Source: Octopus vulgaris (lineage: Eukaryota). Taken from it: 64,000 bases of DNA. A program made the position numbers and the translations under genes. Within the stretch, counting starts at the first letter, position 1. Each line of letters begins with the position of its first letter. The DNA lies in the NCBI GenBank assembly GCA_951406725.2, contig OX597815.1, positions 73,160,001 through 73,224,000 of the forward strand, given 5' to 3'. Below are positions 28,480 through 43,150 of the stretch, one piece after another. Under the pieces are notes generated by a model. It did not search any database, had not been told where the DNA came from, and saw nothing but the letters and a program-made list of their open reading frames with translations.

Positions 28480-31129
28480 AAGAAGATGCTTAATCAAATC
28501 TAACGGAAATTAAAAAAAAAAAAAGATCTTACTGCATCATACAACATTATTAAGATGATTCCTAAGACTTGAAATCATCAAAACATTGGTGAGTCAGTTA
28601 TTCTGCCTTCGTTCTTAGTAATAGTTCATTGACCTATTTCGTGCCAACGAAATACTTCAGAATATTTCTTTGAATAATTCCATCATTGCCAGAAGAATCG
28701 ATGATATGACACGTAACTTTGAAGAGGAGTTAGTTCAGTTCAGTTTAATTCAATAAATTCTCTTTGCAAATAAACGAAACTAATTTGTAAGGTAACGATG
28801 CTCTTCTCACGGCTTACATAACATTCTGGAATTGAAGTGAACTAATAGAAGAGTTACTGTTTGCTGGGAAGATTAAATCAGTTACTAAGAGACTGTCTGT
28901 TTTTGATGAGCTCAACTTAAGCAACATACCATTGGAGGAGAGCATAATCTCATGTGTGACTGATCGTGCCGCTTCTGTGATGGGTCGCTGCAGAGGATTA
29001 GCTACCCATCTAACCAGAGTTATACTGATTGTATTTACTACATTGTACGATTCATATGACGCACCTAGTAAATAAAAATTTTATAGGCGCAGGATGGCTG
29101 TGGTAAGTAGCTTGCTTACCAACCACATAGTTTCAGGTTCAGTCCCACTGCGTGGCACCTTGGGCAAGTGTCTTCTACTATAGCATCGGGCCGACGAAAG
29201 CCTTCTAAGTGGATTTGGTAAACGGAAACTGAAAGAAGCCCGTCATATATATGTATATATATATATATATGTGTGTGTGTATATGTTTGTGTATCTGCGT
29301 TTGTCCCCCCCCCAACATCGCTTGACAACCAATGCTGGTGTGTTTACGTCCCCGTAACTTAGCGGTTCGGCAAAAGAGACCGATAGAATAAGTACTAGGC
29401 TCAGAAAGAATAAGTCCTGGGGTAGATTTGGACGACTATAGGTAGTGCTCCAGCATGGCCACAGCCAAATGACTGAAACAAGTAAAAGTGTAAAAGAGTA
29501 TGTCTCCGTCTGTTACTTTTAGATGTCATAAAAGACAGTAAACTTTATCAAATCCAAAATGTTTCAGGAACATCTTTTCCGATAACGATGTGAAGAAAAT
29601 TGTGAGAACTCCCAGAAACTGCTATGTGCGAAAGTGGGGTAGCTTTCTATGGGCAACTGTCTTCAATCTCTTGTGACGCTATGGAGCACTATAATATCTT
29701 TTATGTTTGATAAAGAGAATAAAAAATAGGCTCGTTGAAGTTAAGACGGATATATTTTAGTCTGGTTGAAATCTTTAATAAAAAGAAACAAAAAAACAAA
29801 AAACCACTTCAACATTACAAAGCAAAACTAGCGACCTCATAGAAAGCAAGGAAGGAATTGTTTCTTTCCTTTAGGAATTTGAAGTATATTGCCACAACGT
29901 AGAACGTTTGGAATTTTCATAGCTTCCAAAACTGAAAACAATCGCTGAGGCTTTGAAAACGCGATAATTTTATCGTTTATATGAATCATCTTAAAAAGAT
30001 ACCCAAAGAATTGCAAAAAAAGATTTGATGACCTTTTAAACCTAGACATTCCCAATTGAATTTTGAATTTATTTGAAGTTGAATCCATCCAAATTGAGGC
30101 ACTGATGTTGTACGATATCATTGCACGTTATCCGATCTGTTTCATGAAATAATTAAAGGCATACGATGATTAAAATATATCTGTGTGCCTTTATATTACA
30201 CGTTCATGTACACTCAATCGAAGGGATATCTTCACTGTAGAAACTGTTTCGGAAGAGAAATTCTCCTTATGGACAAAGAGTGTAAAAACACGCAGGTGAG
30301 TGCTACGAATGGGGTTGCTGGACTGTATGTAGGACACGTGATTTTGCGTCGTTACTCTTCATCGGCAGCAGATACCTAATACATCGTTCAGAGCCCGCAA
30401 AGACCTACCGTGCTTGGATCAAAAGTAATCTGCCAAATAAATTTTCAACACTATAGAAAACAGACCAAACGTATTTCCTTGATTTCTCTCAGAGTATTTG
30501 TCGTGTGCGGAGTTCGATAGGAAGCTACTTAACAGAATCGAAAAACAGATTTGACAACACAAGAGGAAACTCGCGACTGTCATTATCAAATCTGTAACCC
30601 CAATATCATAAAACTCTCTAGTATCATATCAACCTCAAAGATTGCAGTAGTTATAAAATATTCATTCTAATTTTGGCACAAAGCTAGCAAGATGAGAGGA
30701 AAGGGCTAACTCGATTACATTGACCCCCAGTACATGACTGGTATTTATTCTATCGTGCTCGAAAGGGTGAAAAGCAGAGTCGACCTCGGCGGAATTTAAA
30801 CTCAGAACGTAAAGAGCCAGAAAAAATGTCGCCAAGCCTTTTTTGGCCTACGCCCTAAAAATTCTACCAGCCCGCCGTCTAAGTCGCTATAAATGTTAAA
30901 TCTCTAATTTCATACAGTTCGTGTTTAGTTATGTCTACAATATCGGAAAGTTCATTTATTTGTATTCAATAAAAGAAAAAAATATTTACTATTTCTTTTA
31001 ATTATCATGTTCCCTTTTTGACAAAGGGTGGGGCCCTGTAATCCGAGAAGAGCTCCTAAGTGGGGTTCTGTAATACGAGAAGAGATCCGAGGGGGCACTA
31101 AGTGAATTGATAAAGGTTGAGAGTTGCTG
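28480..31129 (+). mobile_element. Decayed hAT (Buster/Charlie-type) transposon interrupted by SINEs
   Basis: Fragments read ISLNNSIIARRIDDM, FSLQINET, ALLTAYITF, IEELLFA, CVTDRAASVMGRCRGL and VIKTVNFIKS...LSMGNCL. TIR-like end 'aaggttgagagttgctg'. Many stops. Left end not found. Confidence 0.75.
29086..29500 (+). mobile_element. tRNA-derived SINE, family A (internal TA/TG microsatellite)
   Basis: 'ggctgtggtaagtagcttgcttaccaaccac...ggttcagtcccactgcgtggcacc' with tail 'gtaaaagag'. About 12 copies in the window. Confidence 0.9.
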
Positions 31130-31299
31130 GCACACAGTTACACCATCGGTAAATGCTCTGTGGTTATTCTTAAAAGTGCTTTAAAATAACAACGTTATAT
31201 TAAAACACACACACATACTCACATACATACATACACACACACACATATATATGCAAACAGATTAAAAAGAAATAGGCGCATATCATAAAACATACATAT

Positions 31300-31387
<88 letters not shown>

Positions 31388-31537
31388 GAAATTTTCCACG
31401 CTATATTTACGCCATGATATATCTGGAACCACCGGAGTCACTCGACGCAACTGTATTCCCTATACTTTCGTAATCAAACATGAAATTCATGGTTTGCAGC
31501 ACAAAAACAAATAACTAACATAAAAACTATCAAACAA

Positions 31538-31582
<45 letters not shown>

Positions 31583-31634
31583 CACACACGCACGCGCTCA
31601 CATACGCACACACACCCGCATACACACATACACA

Positions 31635-31690
<56 letters not shown>

Positions 31691-32951
31691 TAAATATACA
31701 CATTATACGTATATGGTTATATATATGCATATATGTATATATACCTGTGTAATTAGGCGTGAACAACGATATTTAATATGTTCGTGTACCCTTGGACATT
31801 GAAAGACAATACGCTGCAGAATTTGTCCCGAACGAAAATTCCTCCTTGTAGACAATATGTGTGATAATCTCAACACAGGGTCACAAATGACGTCATTGGA
31901 CCTCCCTATTTGATAAATATATACGTCTGTGTATGTGCGCGCGCATGTATATGCCAGATGTGTGAACAGTAAATGGATCTCCGTCAGTTTTGACAACGAT
32001 TCTTCGGTTGTTCATTCAACTAAACTACTTGCTCCTGAATTAGCGTGTGAAGTGGTTGAGTGTCCCGAAGATATGTGTGCCCTTAAGGAATTTCTCAGAT
32101 AGGAGCAGCGTCAAATGCTATGCCTATTGAATGATAAGCAATATCTACTTGACACGCTTCTATACAGTTTTCGCCTACCTAGTTTCTCTCATTCGATATG
32201 GGTTATTTAATAGAGTCATTAGAGCGTCAGTCAAATGTTTTACCGCATTTGTTCTGGCTATTTGTGTTGTTAGTCCAAATCTAAACTTTATCCTTCACTC
32301 TACTGAGGTCGATAAAATATAATAGCAGTCCGAGAGCTCTAAATTTGTGAACTTTTTTTTGTGCTATTTGTTCTGGTTATCAAAGTTCTGAGTTTCCAGC
32401 CAGATGTGGTGAACCTGATTGCTGCAATTGCGCATACCGGATGTTTTATTCAACATGGTGACCATTTACAATATCAGTAAATGTACTATTATTCACTGTA
32501 TATTGGAGGCGACAAATGTTATCTAGGTAAGTGGTTACAAATTCTATTATTGTCAAAGCTCATTAAAGCCGGAATGCATTTGACGCTTTTGTTTGCCTCT
32601 GCCAAGAAGAATTTTTGTCTCCACCTTATACATATTGTGTTTTAAACAGCTTATTAGAAATTTTATCTCGGACGAAAACCGTTGCACTTTGCCTGTCAAC
32701 GGTGTATAAACATTAAGAACGATACGTAAATAAGCACACACACACACACACACACACATACACACACACACACACACCACCACCACCACCACCACCACCA
32801 TAAAATATGTGATAATTCGAGATTATAAATAAATAACATTTGCTCATGATGCTAGGCAATGGGATCGAACCCGGAACATTCTGGTTACGATGAAAACTTA
32901 GCCTTACAGCTATACTCTATTGAATGACGTAGTATGGCTTAGATGCAGCCT

Positions 32952-32987
<36 letters not shown>

Positions 32988-33233
32988 TTTGTCACGTCGA
33001 CAGCCTGAGAATTATGTTAAGGTTACATGTGTCTGTGGGAGATTTAGCTATAACACTCTAATTCAAGGGCAGGTTATTCGGGTGAATAACTGAACTCTCA
33101 TCGTGGAAACCGGTGGAGATCCATCTCTATTAATTGCTATTTCGACTGTTATACTGTGTCCTGCATGAGATACAATCCACATTTGTTTCTGTTCACGTAG
33201 CCGCGTGGTAAGAATATTTCATTTTCCAGTTAG

Positions 33234-33556
33234 ATGCAGGCGTGGCTGTGCGGTAAGAAACTTGCTTCCCAACCATATGGTTCCGGGTTCAGTCCCAATG
33301 CGTGACACTTTGGGTAAATATCTTCTACTATAGCCTCGAGCCGACCAAAATCTTGTTCAGTGGATTTGGTAGACGGAAACTGAAAGAAGCCCGTCGTAAG
33401 TGTGTTTGTGTGCGTATGTACGCGCGCAGGCTATGTGTCTGTGTTTGTGTTTGCCTACCCCCATCCGCTGCTTGACAACCGGTGTTGGTGTGTTTACTTC
33501 CCAGTAACTTAGCAGCTCGGCAATAAAGACCGACTTAATAAGTACAAGGCTTTAAA
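33234..33556 (+). mobile_element. SINE family A
   Basis: Colinear with 29086-29500, 3' truncated. Confidence 0.85.
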
Positions 33557-33599
33557 AAATGACAGAATTGAACAGAATATATTCTGTATGACTCAGTTC

Positions 33600-34065
33600 A
33601 TATGGCTGACAACGTTTCTTCCTTTAAAAAAAGAAGCTCAGTATCAGTCTCAGCACCTCCTATACTCTCGAGCACTTCGTGCAGCGAGTTGACGTCATTG
33701 GTTTCTTTTGGATACAGTTTTCTCTGCATCCGGTCATGTGACATTGACTGCTCTCTCATGTCGCTTATGAATGTTCTGGACCAAGTAGTTTTCGGGCTTC
33801 CTCTCTTTTTCTGTCATGTGGTGTCCACTTGAAAGCTGTTTCAGAATGACGTTATTCTGGAAATCGAAGTGTGTGACCTGCTCGTTTTAATCTTCGTCGT
33901 TCTGTAATGATTTCGTGAGCGGTCTTGTGCTGGCTGCCTTTAGAATGTTTTCATTAGTTCTCTGGTCTTGTCAGTACGTTCTCAGAATCTTTCTCAAGCA
34001 TCTCTGGTGGAGCACATCTAGGTTTCTACCAATTTTTACGTTATTTTGGCATGTCTCACCGTAAT
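33600..34065 (-). mobile_element. RTE-type LINE 3' ORF fragment
   Basis: Minus strand reads LDVLHQRCLRKIL...TNENIL...AGHTLR...WTP..RKRGSPKTTWSRT. Confidence 0.7.
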
Positions 34066-34525
34066 TAATTCATCTTGCATCCGTTTAACACTAGACAATA
34101 TGAACCACTGAAATGATTTCATAAACCACAATGGACCATCTGCTACTCGATTACATTTTCATGCAAAAACTACTTTAGCTAGGAATCCTTAAAGCTCTTG
34201 AGATATTCATAAGCCTTCATTCTATTCTGTTCTTACTATCTTTCTAATTCTAAAATTTGTTGGGATTTTTTTTATCCTTCCTCGCAAGTCAGCTCTCATC
34301 GAATAGAATAGTGAGGCGTTCCAGCAATGACCTATCCACCTCCGTCTTTTACTGATCAAGTGGGGAACAATAATGTAATATGATCCTTCGCAAACTTTTT
34401 TTTTAAGTAGGATGTAATATGAGGGACATTTCAGTGTTATTTCTTGGAAATTGGGCGACTATATTGTTCTGTCATTAGCTGCAATTCCAAAATTTGTATG
34501 GTGATGTAATATATTTATATGTGAG

Positions 34526-34597
<72 letters not shown>

Positions 34598-34642
34598 AAA
34601 ATAAATGAAAGAATGGAGCTTGAACGACGATTTAACAAAATT

Positions 34643-34733
34643 CCTTTATTCTCGACATATGTTTCGAAGGCTGCATATTCCTAATTTCAAAGGAATAAGG
34701 GGTGCATTATTCCTCTCATCAGGAAAAACAAGG
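34643..34733 (-). ncRNA. Hammerhead ribozyme motif, second copy of the 3861 family
   Basis: CTGATGA-gagg...ccttc-GAAAC-atat-GTC-gagaataaagg. The host element 34597-34820 is flanked by (TA)n. Confidence 0.7.
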
Positions 34734-34816
34734 AACTTATGTATTTTTCTGACGTGAATTTGCTACCCAGGTATCGGTTAACCGAATTATCCATACTAAG
34801 ATAATTCATTCAACTA

Positions 34817-34916
<100 letters not shown>

Positions 34917-35022
34917 TCGAGAAGGAACAAACAACAACATATATATGTACGTATGTGTGTGTGTATGTATGTGTATGTGTGTATGTTTGTATGTGTATAT
35001 ATATGTGTGTGTGTGTGTGTGT

Positions 35023-35320
35023 GTTGTTTGTTCCTTCTCGAGCCATGCCTAGTTCATAAGGGCCGGTTTCATTGCCGCACGGGTTCCCCACCAGGACGGG
35101 ACGCCGGTCCGTCGTAGGTGAGCTGTTAGATGCAGGAGGAAAGAGCGAGAGAATGTTGTGGCGAAAGAATCAGCGGAAGCTCACCATTACCTTTTGCCGG
35201 AGCCGTGCGGAGCTTAGGGTTTTTGCTCATAAAACAACACATTGTCCGGTCTGAGATGAGAACCTGCGATCCCACGACCACGAGTCCGCCGCTCCAACCT
35301 CTAGGCCATGTGCCTCCACA
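35023..35320 (-). mobile_element. tRNA-derived SINE, family D
   Basis: Minus-strand tRNA-like head 'tggcctagaggttggagcggcggactcgtggtcgtgggatcgcaggttc'. Confidence 0.7.
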
Positions 35321-35362
35321 TACACACGCACACACACACATACACACACGCACACACACACA

Positions 35363-35411
<49 letters not shown>

Positions 35412-36344
35412 GTATATATATGTACATACATACATGTACGCATTATATATATTCAAATATGGACATACACATAGAGACACAGAAACATACATCCAAACGT
35501 GTATACATTATATATATATGCATGTATATATGTACATACGAGCATATATATATATATAGACACATACACACATGTATACATATATATATCCATACACAGA
35601 CACACGTGTGTGTATGTATGTATCTAGGTATGTTTACATGTATGCGTATATATATACATACATACACACATATGTGTGTGTGTGTGTATGTATATGCATG
35701 TATGTATGCATGCATATGTATGTATAAGAGTATGTATAAAGAATATCACAGCTCTGTACGATCGATGTACTCTGTGTAATAATGTTAAACACTGGCGGCC
35801 TACCAAGAGTATTACTGGCCTCTTTCAAAGCTGACCCATTTAGCTATAACCACATGCTGTGCGACGCAGTGTGGCTATGGTTTGATCTTCCGACCGGATA
35901 ATGAAGCTCGTCTCTGGGAAAGGCGTTAGCTGCTTTCGTATGCAAGAGGAAACTCAACTTTGCGCCCGAGTGTGAAACCTCTCTTGTATTAAACGGTTCT
36001 TTTTCTTTGTTTTTCTACAATACTCTTCCTCTCGCTCTCTCTCTCTCTCTCTCTGTCTCTCTCTATCTCTCTCTGCCTCTCTCTATCTCTCTCTGTCTCT
36101 CTCTATCTCTCTCTGTTTCTCTCCCTCTCTTCACCTTTCTCTGTCGCTCTGCGCTCTCCCACCGTCACTCTCTTTTTTACTCTCTTACACGACATCATTA
36201 ATTTTGGTGTAGTTTGATGCAGTTTGGTGGCGTAATGCTTGAATGTTTGTCAGGATGTCTCTGTATTTGTGTATATATGTGCGAATGCATATGTGTATGT
36301 GTGTGTGTCTACGTATGTATATATGTGTAATTACATATATATAC

Positions 36345-36378
<34 letters not shown>

Positions 36379-36489
36379 ATACACATGTGTATATACATAC
36401 ATATATAAATATAACTATATATACATATGTATATATGTGTATATATATACATATATATACATATATATACACATATATATATACATATA

Positions 36490-36566
<77 letters not shown>

Positions 36567-36826
36567 GCGTATATGCATGCATGTATTCATACATATGTAC
36601 ATGCATACAAAAATTCATATATTTATGTGTGTGTGTATCTATGTACGTACGTACGTTCGTACGTACGTATGTATGTATGTATGTATGTATGTATGTATGT
36701 ATGTATGTATGTATGTCTCACAGTATGGTTTTGGGCTGTGATTATTTCCCTGGTTATAATTACTGTATATACGTGTCTGGTTATGTATAAAAGTGCTGCA
36801 TGTGTGTGCGTATGTGTGTGTTCTGT

Positions 36827-36858
<32 letters not shown>

Positions 36859-37149
36859 GGTACGTGCGTGCGCGCGTTCATTTGATTTCTCAGAATGACG
36901 GACATGGAGTTGCCGGACTCGTAAGTAACAAATCTGGCTTATTCGTGAAAATTAAGACAACATCAAGCCGATAGTGTCAGCCATACAAATCAGCACGTGC
37001 TCTCTCTCTCTCTTTCTCTGTCTTTCCACCCTCTCTCTCTCTATCTAGTTATCTATCTATGTATCTGTCTATCTATTTATCTATCTATTTCTCTCTCTCT
37101 CACCAAGACACCCTTCTTACACTCACAAACAATCTTTCTTTCTTTCTTT

Positions 37150-37227
<78 letters not shown>

Positions 37228-37228
37228 G

Positions 37229-37293
<65 letters not shown>

Positions 37294-37382
37294 GTTTGTC
37301 TGGCTATCTGTCTGTCTGTCGGTCGGTCTGTCTATCTATCTGCCTATCGCTTTTTCTGTCTTCATTTACACACACACACACG

Positions 37383-37441
<59 letters not shown>

Positions 37442-37903
37442 ACATACATATACATGCATACATGCATACACCATGCTTGACTGCTAAATCTACAAGTGTG
37501 TTTTCATTTTCTCTGTTTATTTTCTTTTATTCCTTTCTGTTGAAGAGCGTTGGCTCGAAACGTAAAAGACTTTTTCATTTTCCCCTAGCGTCAAACTATA
37601 TTACAACTGCTTGTTTTTCATACACCTGTCTTTCGTTTTTCTATAAATTTCAAGTGGCTATGTGGTAAGTAGCTTGCTTATGAACCACATGGTTCCGAGT
37701 TCAGTCTCACTGCGTGGCACCTTGGCCAAGTGTCTTCTATTCGGGCCGACCAAAACCTTGTGAGTAGATTTGATAGACGGAAACTGAAAGAAGCCCGTCA
37801 TATATATGTATATATATATGAGTGTGTGTGTATGTTTGTGTGTTTGTGTTTGTCCCCACAACATCGCTTGATCGATGCTGGTGTGTGTGTATGTGTGTGC
37901 GTT

Positions 37904-37941
<38 letters not shown>

Positions 37942-37975
37942 AACACACACTCACTCACATACATACACATATACA

Positions 37976-38292
37976 CAATGGAAGCTCGGTTTACAGACGC
38001 CTCTCATCACTCATCACGATCAAATCGGTTTACGAACATAAAACGTGTCGGATAATGAACAGTGTCTCTAGTGACGCACACGCAACCCATTACCAACGGT
38101 TGGCTACAAGCTGAGAGTATCAGCGGGAGAGCATTTGTTGTCTTCTACCTTTTGCTCAAAGCACGTCCATGATCGAATCGGTCGTGTCGTCTCTTGAATC
38201 TCCTATGGGAAAAAATAGTTTCGGTTAACGAACATTTCGGGTTACGAACGGCTTTCAAGAACGAACTGAATTCGTAAAGTGAAGTTCCACTG
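37976..38292. mobile_element. pogo/Tigger-type MITE
   Basis: Termini caatggaagctcggtttac and gtaaagtgaagttccactg|ta, with internal 'ttacgaac' repeats. Confidence 0.7.
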
Positions 38293-38314
38293 TATTCATT
38301 TATTTTTTTTTTAG

Positions 38315-41112
38315 CTATTTCAGCCATTGACTTTCGAGGATACAAAGTGATCCGGACATCCAAGTTTGCCAAGTATTTTCTATAGCAAGGCTCTATTCAC
38401 AGTATCAAAGGCCTGGGTTAGATCAATGAATACCTGGAGAAGCACTTCTCCTGTATCTGTCTTGCTGTGAAAGTCATATCCATTGTCCCTCAACCAGATC
38501 GGAAGCCACATTGAGGTTCAGAAAGACATCATTTACGAGACACCCATTCAGGTGGGTAAGAAGAATATTTGCCAGAACCTTGCCAGCAGCTGATAGTAGG
38601 ACAATACCTCTGTAGTTACCACACATTATTCTGGCTCTTTTCCTTTATAGAGAGGAAGAATAATTGCATCCTTCCAGTCCTTAGACATTGCACCATCCCT
38701 CTAGACTACACTAATGAGTTCATGAAGGGACTGTATGATGTAATCACCAACAATACCTCAGCACAAATTCCATCCCTTCCAGGTGCCCTACCAAGATTCA
38801 GTTTACTTATAGCTGTCATTAACTCCTCTACTGAGACTGCGGAATTTTAGGAGCCAATGATAGGTCATTGTTGCTTTGTATCAATTACTGTTTCATCCAC
38901 AACTGACTCATGGTTCAGGAGTTCAGAGAAGTGTTCAATTCAGCGACCTGTAATTTCTGTTGTTTAAGTAAATAGAGTAGAAAACTCCTTGGAAAGCAAA
39001 GGAGCTGATGCCGAGCTCTTAGGCCCATAAACCAGCTTTATAAGATGGTAAAGCTTCTTGCTGTCATTTGCATCAGCAGCAGCCTGAACATCACGAACAA
39101 GATCCTCCCACCAAGTGTTCTGCATCTTCTGGAGAGATCGCTGCAGTAGTGATTTTACGCTGCTATAGAGGGCTAGGTTTCGTAGCACAGCTGAAAGTCC
39201 TCTGTGCAGAAATATATTGAGGGCATGGCGCTTTACAAACAATAGTCGCTGAACTTCAGCATCATTTTCATCAAACCAGTTTCTGTGTCTGGCAGTAGCA
39301 TATCCCAGTGTTCCTTCCCATACTGTAGTATTTTCAATGCTGGACAAGCGAGTCTGAAGCTCTTTACTCAACACAGCATCATATATCTTGTGGACATTCA
39401 GACGCCGAGGAATGTCAACTGGCCCTCCTCTCCCTTTCACTTTAATCATTATCCGGAACTTTGATCGCACCAGACTGGCCTGGTGCGATCAGCATTCCGA
39501 TCCATGAAAGGACTTGATATTACAAATGTCATAGATGTCACGCTTGTGGGTAATGATATAATCCAGAAAGTGCCAAACTTTAGACCTTGGATACATCCAC
39601 GTTGTTGTGTGACCACCTTTATGCATAAAATGAGTGCATGCGATGAGTCCATGTTCATCGCAAAGCTCCAGCAGTATGAGACCATTGCTATTCATTTTCC
39701 ATACACCAAGACGTCCTAGAGAGTTCCATGTTTGCCAGTCTGTTCCAACCCTGGCACTGAAATCCCCTAGTAGAATGACTTTATCAGAATTGGGGATTTT
39801 CCTAAGTATGGCTCTCAGCTGGGTATAAAAAATAGTTTTATCTTCATTACATCTAGTCAAAGTAGGTGCATAGGCACTTATTAGCGTAGCAAACCGCCCA
39901 CCTTTCAGGTGCAAGCATAGAGTGAGGAACAGGAAGTTCCTCCAACTTCTTAAGGATATCAGATCGAACTACAAAGCCAACACCAACCTCTCTGCGCTCC
40001 CCCTTCAGCCTTCCCTTCCCTCCAAAAAATGTATCCACCTCCTACTTCCTCAAGCTGACCATCACCTTCTATTCGAGTCTGTGAAAGTGTAGCTATATCA
40101 ATGTTATAGCGGTTCATCACGCAAGCAACAACAGTTATCCAACAGAGTGCGCACATTCCAACATGAAAAATTCAAGTTCCATCCAGATTTTGAAAAAAAA
40201 AGTCTCTCTGTTTTTCGAGCTCAGGGCGGATATTCGTCAGTCGCGTTAATCTGACCAGATGTAGAAAGACAAACAATTTTTGGTTCGCCTTTTCTAGAAC
40301 CTTCCCGACCTCCGGGTGAGCAGTGCCCTCTCCAAATGGAGCTGCTCAGACACCCACGCAGCAACCGAATCCTATCGCTGTCTTGGGTGACAAAGAGACG
40401 ACTTTATCAAGGGCCGCCTGCGTGCACGTCGCTGACTACATGCTTCCAACCCGACAGGACTGCATGCTTCGCCACCTTCCCATCGCCGCAGGATTTCCGA
40501 ATAAAAATAAAATAAATATATACCAAAAATAAAAATACGTATATATTGAAAATGAAATAAATATATATGGAGTGGGGAAGCAGCACATATCGAGCAGAGG
40601 TCAGCAATGACTGTGCAGAGTTTTAGGTCCAATAAGGCTTGCACGACACCTCATTGACTCTTTCCACTCTATTGACGTTATTCAGAGACAAGCCAGGTGA
40701 TGACTGATGCCAATATGGGTCACAGACACGGGATATAGGAGCACCATGATCTCTAGCACAAACCAAAGATCCCCAAAATGTCCAATTCCATTCCCTGCAT
40801 ATCCGGTTTTATATCAGAGTGACCCTTTCCTAGAGACATGCTTCAACAGAGGCTGAGGGGTGCCTCATGCCCAATGGTCTTCTTGCACACCGGACACCAT
40901 CCCGGAATTTCTGCATACCCGTGCTATTGCTAGACAGCCGTCGAGCCTGCACTAGGTTCATCCGACCTTTCAACGGGTCTTGTTTTTAATCCAGCTGGAT
41001 TTCTAGCAACCCTCCTCACCAGGGTAGCCTGGTGAGGATGCCAGTTTAGTCGCCGACATCACGACCATGGAACAGATTGCACTGGATTCCATGTGACCAG
41101 CTGCCAGTGGCA
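38315..41112 (-). mobile_element. RTE-clade LINE: 5' UTR, AP endonuclease and N-terminal RT, frameshifted and 3' truncated
   Basis: RYNIDIATLSQTR, VGVGFVV, ISAYAPT, ILLGDFSARVG, NSNG..LL, TW.YPRSK.WH.LDYII, NWFDEND, CGFRSG...AFDTVNR. Confidence 0.9.
41041..41094 (-). ncRNA. Candidate degenerate HDV-like ribozyme at the RTE 5' end
   Basis: Minus strand: catgga(P1)-at-ccagt(P2)-gca-atc-tgt(P3)-tccatg(P1')-g-tcgt...gcga(P4)-CTAA-actgg(P2'). L3 is too short and P1.1 is unclear. Confidence 0.4.
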
Positions 41113-41292
41113 CATACATACATACATACATACATACATACATACATACATACATACATACATACATACATACATGTTTGTTTGTGTATACGGCGGGCTT
41201 ATTTCGGTTTCCGTCTAACAAATCGACTCACAAGGTTCTGGACGAGCCAAGGTATCACGCAATGAGACTCTTACCGCACATCGACACCTGCG

Positions 41293-41374
<82 letters not shown>

Positions 41375-41473
41375 ACAGGGAAGAAATTATCATTATAACC
41401 TTACAGGTAAAATTCAGTATAATAATATTAGACTGAATTTCGTAATATATAATATATAATATATGTATATAAA

Positions 41474-42545
41474 TAATTTAGAGACGAACCACCATAACAA
41501 TTATTCGGTAGCCATGATAAAACTCCGAGTTTAGAGACTAATTTAGAGACGAACCACCATTCCACAACTCAGTCAATGAAGAACCCGTCCAAAGCCATTC
41601 TATGAGACATATAACATACAAAATACTAATCTAAAATTTTAATAATATATAATATTGAACAGTAACATTATTACAATCATATAATATATAAAAGCAAATA
41701 CTTTTAAAATCACAGTGAATACCATACAAAGAAACATTCATCATAAAAATATTAATCTAAAATCAAATAAAGTATAAATTGAACAGTAAAAATAATACAA
41801 TAATATGATATATAAAAGTAAGTACATGTACATCGACTACGCACGTTTCATGGCTGCATTAGGACTATATAAAATCATATAAGCAAACCATCTCCAAGTT
41901 CATTAGAACGGGAAAATGGTTTTACTCCCCAAAACAGTCACTGCTCAGGTCAAATTCCTAAAAAACACTAAAAACTAAAAGTTTAACTTACCTCATAATA
42001 TGATAAGGAATAAAAATAAGGAATAAAAAAATATATATAAAGAAATAAAACCTGTAATATAATCCCTAAGTTAAGGACATTAATATTATTAAAAGTTACG
42101 AACTAAAATATTCAAATAGAGTATTTTTGTGAACATGATTAATTCTCCATAATGAATTATATGATTTTATATAGTCCTAATGCAACCATGAAACGCGCGT
42201 AGTCAATGTACATGTACTTACTTTTATACATTATATTATTGTATTATTTTTACTGTTCAATTTATACTTTATTTGATTTTAGACTAATATTTTTATGATG
42301 AATGTTTCTTTGTATGGTATGATTTTAAAAGTATTTGCTCTCATATATTATATCATTGTAATAATCTTACTGTTCAATATTATATATTATTTAAATTTTA
42401 GATTAGTATTTTGTATGTTATATGTCTCATAGAATGGCTTTGGACGGGTTCTTCATTGACTGAGTTGTGGAATGGTGGTTCGTCTCTAAATTAGTCTCTA
42501 AACTCGGAGTTTTATCATGGCTACCGAATAATTGTCACATATTAC
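41474..42545. mobile_element. Long inverted-repeat (pLTR-like) element, arms 41497-41882 and 42157-42535
   Basis: Arms are reverse complements. Hammerhead half-site GAAACGCGCGTA at 42190-42201. Termini are shared with the 4800 element. Confidence 0.8.
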
Positions 42546-42652
42546 ATTTACAGATATATATATCTATATCTATCTATCTATCTATCTATCGATGTATGTA
42601 TGTATGTATGTATGTATGTATGTATGTATCTATCTATCTATCTATCTATCTA

Positions 42653-42711
<59 letters not shown>

Positions 42712-42770
42712 GAGAGATAGATAGATTGATAGATTGATTGATAGATAGACAGACAGACAGACAGACAGAA

Positions 42771-42867
<97 letters not shown>

Positions 42868-43150
42868 TTATCAGTCTTCTATTAGAGTTGATTTTTCAGT
42901 TTGTTTAACCCATTCTTTCTTTCTAATAGAAACTGATCTGGAGAAGGCTTGGTTCAAGGGCGAGGAGGACGAGAGAATGCCTATATCTGTTCGAGATTTG
43001 ATGAACAACTAAAACAATTGGCGAAAGCATACTGACGGCCATTACTGACACACGCACGGGCGCAGAAATACAAATTCATACATACATACGTATATACATA
43101 CATATGTATATGTGCCGAAATGTATATATTATAACACTGTAACGTATTAT

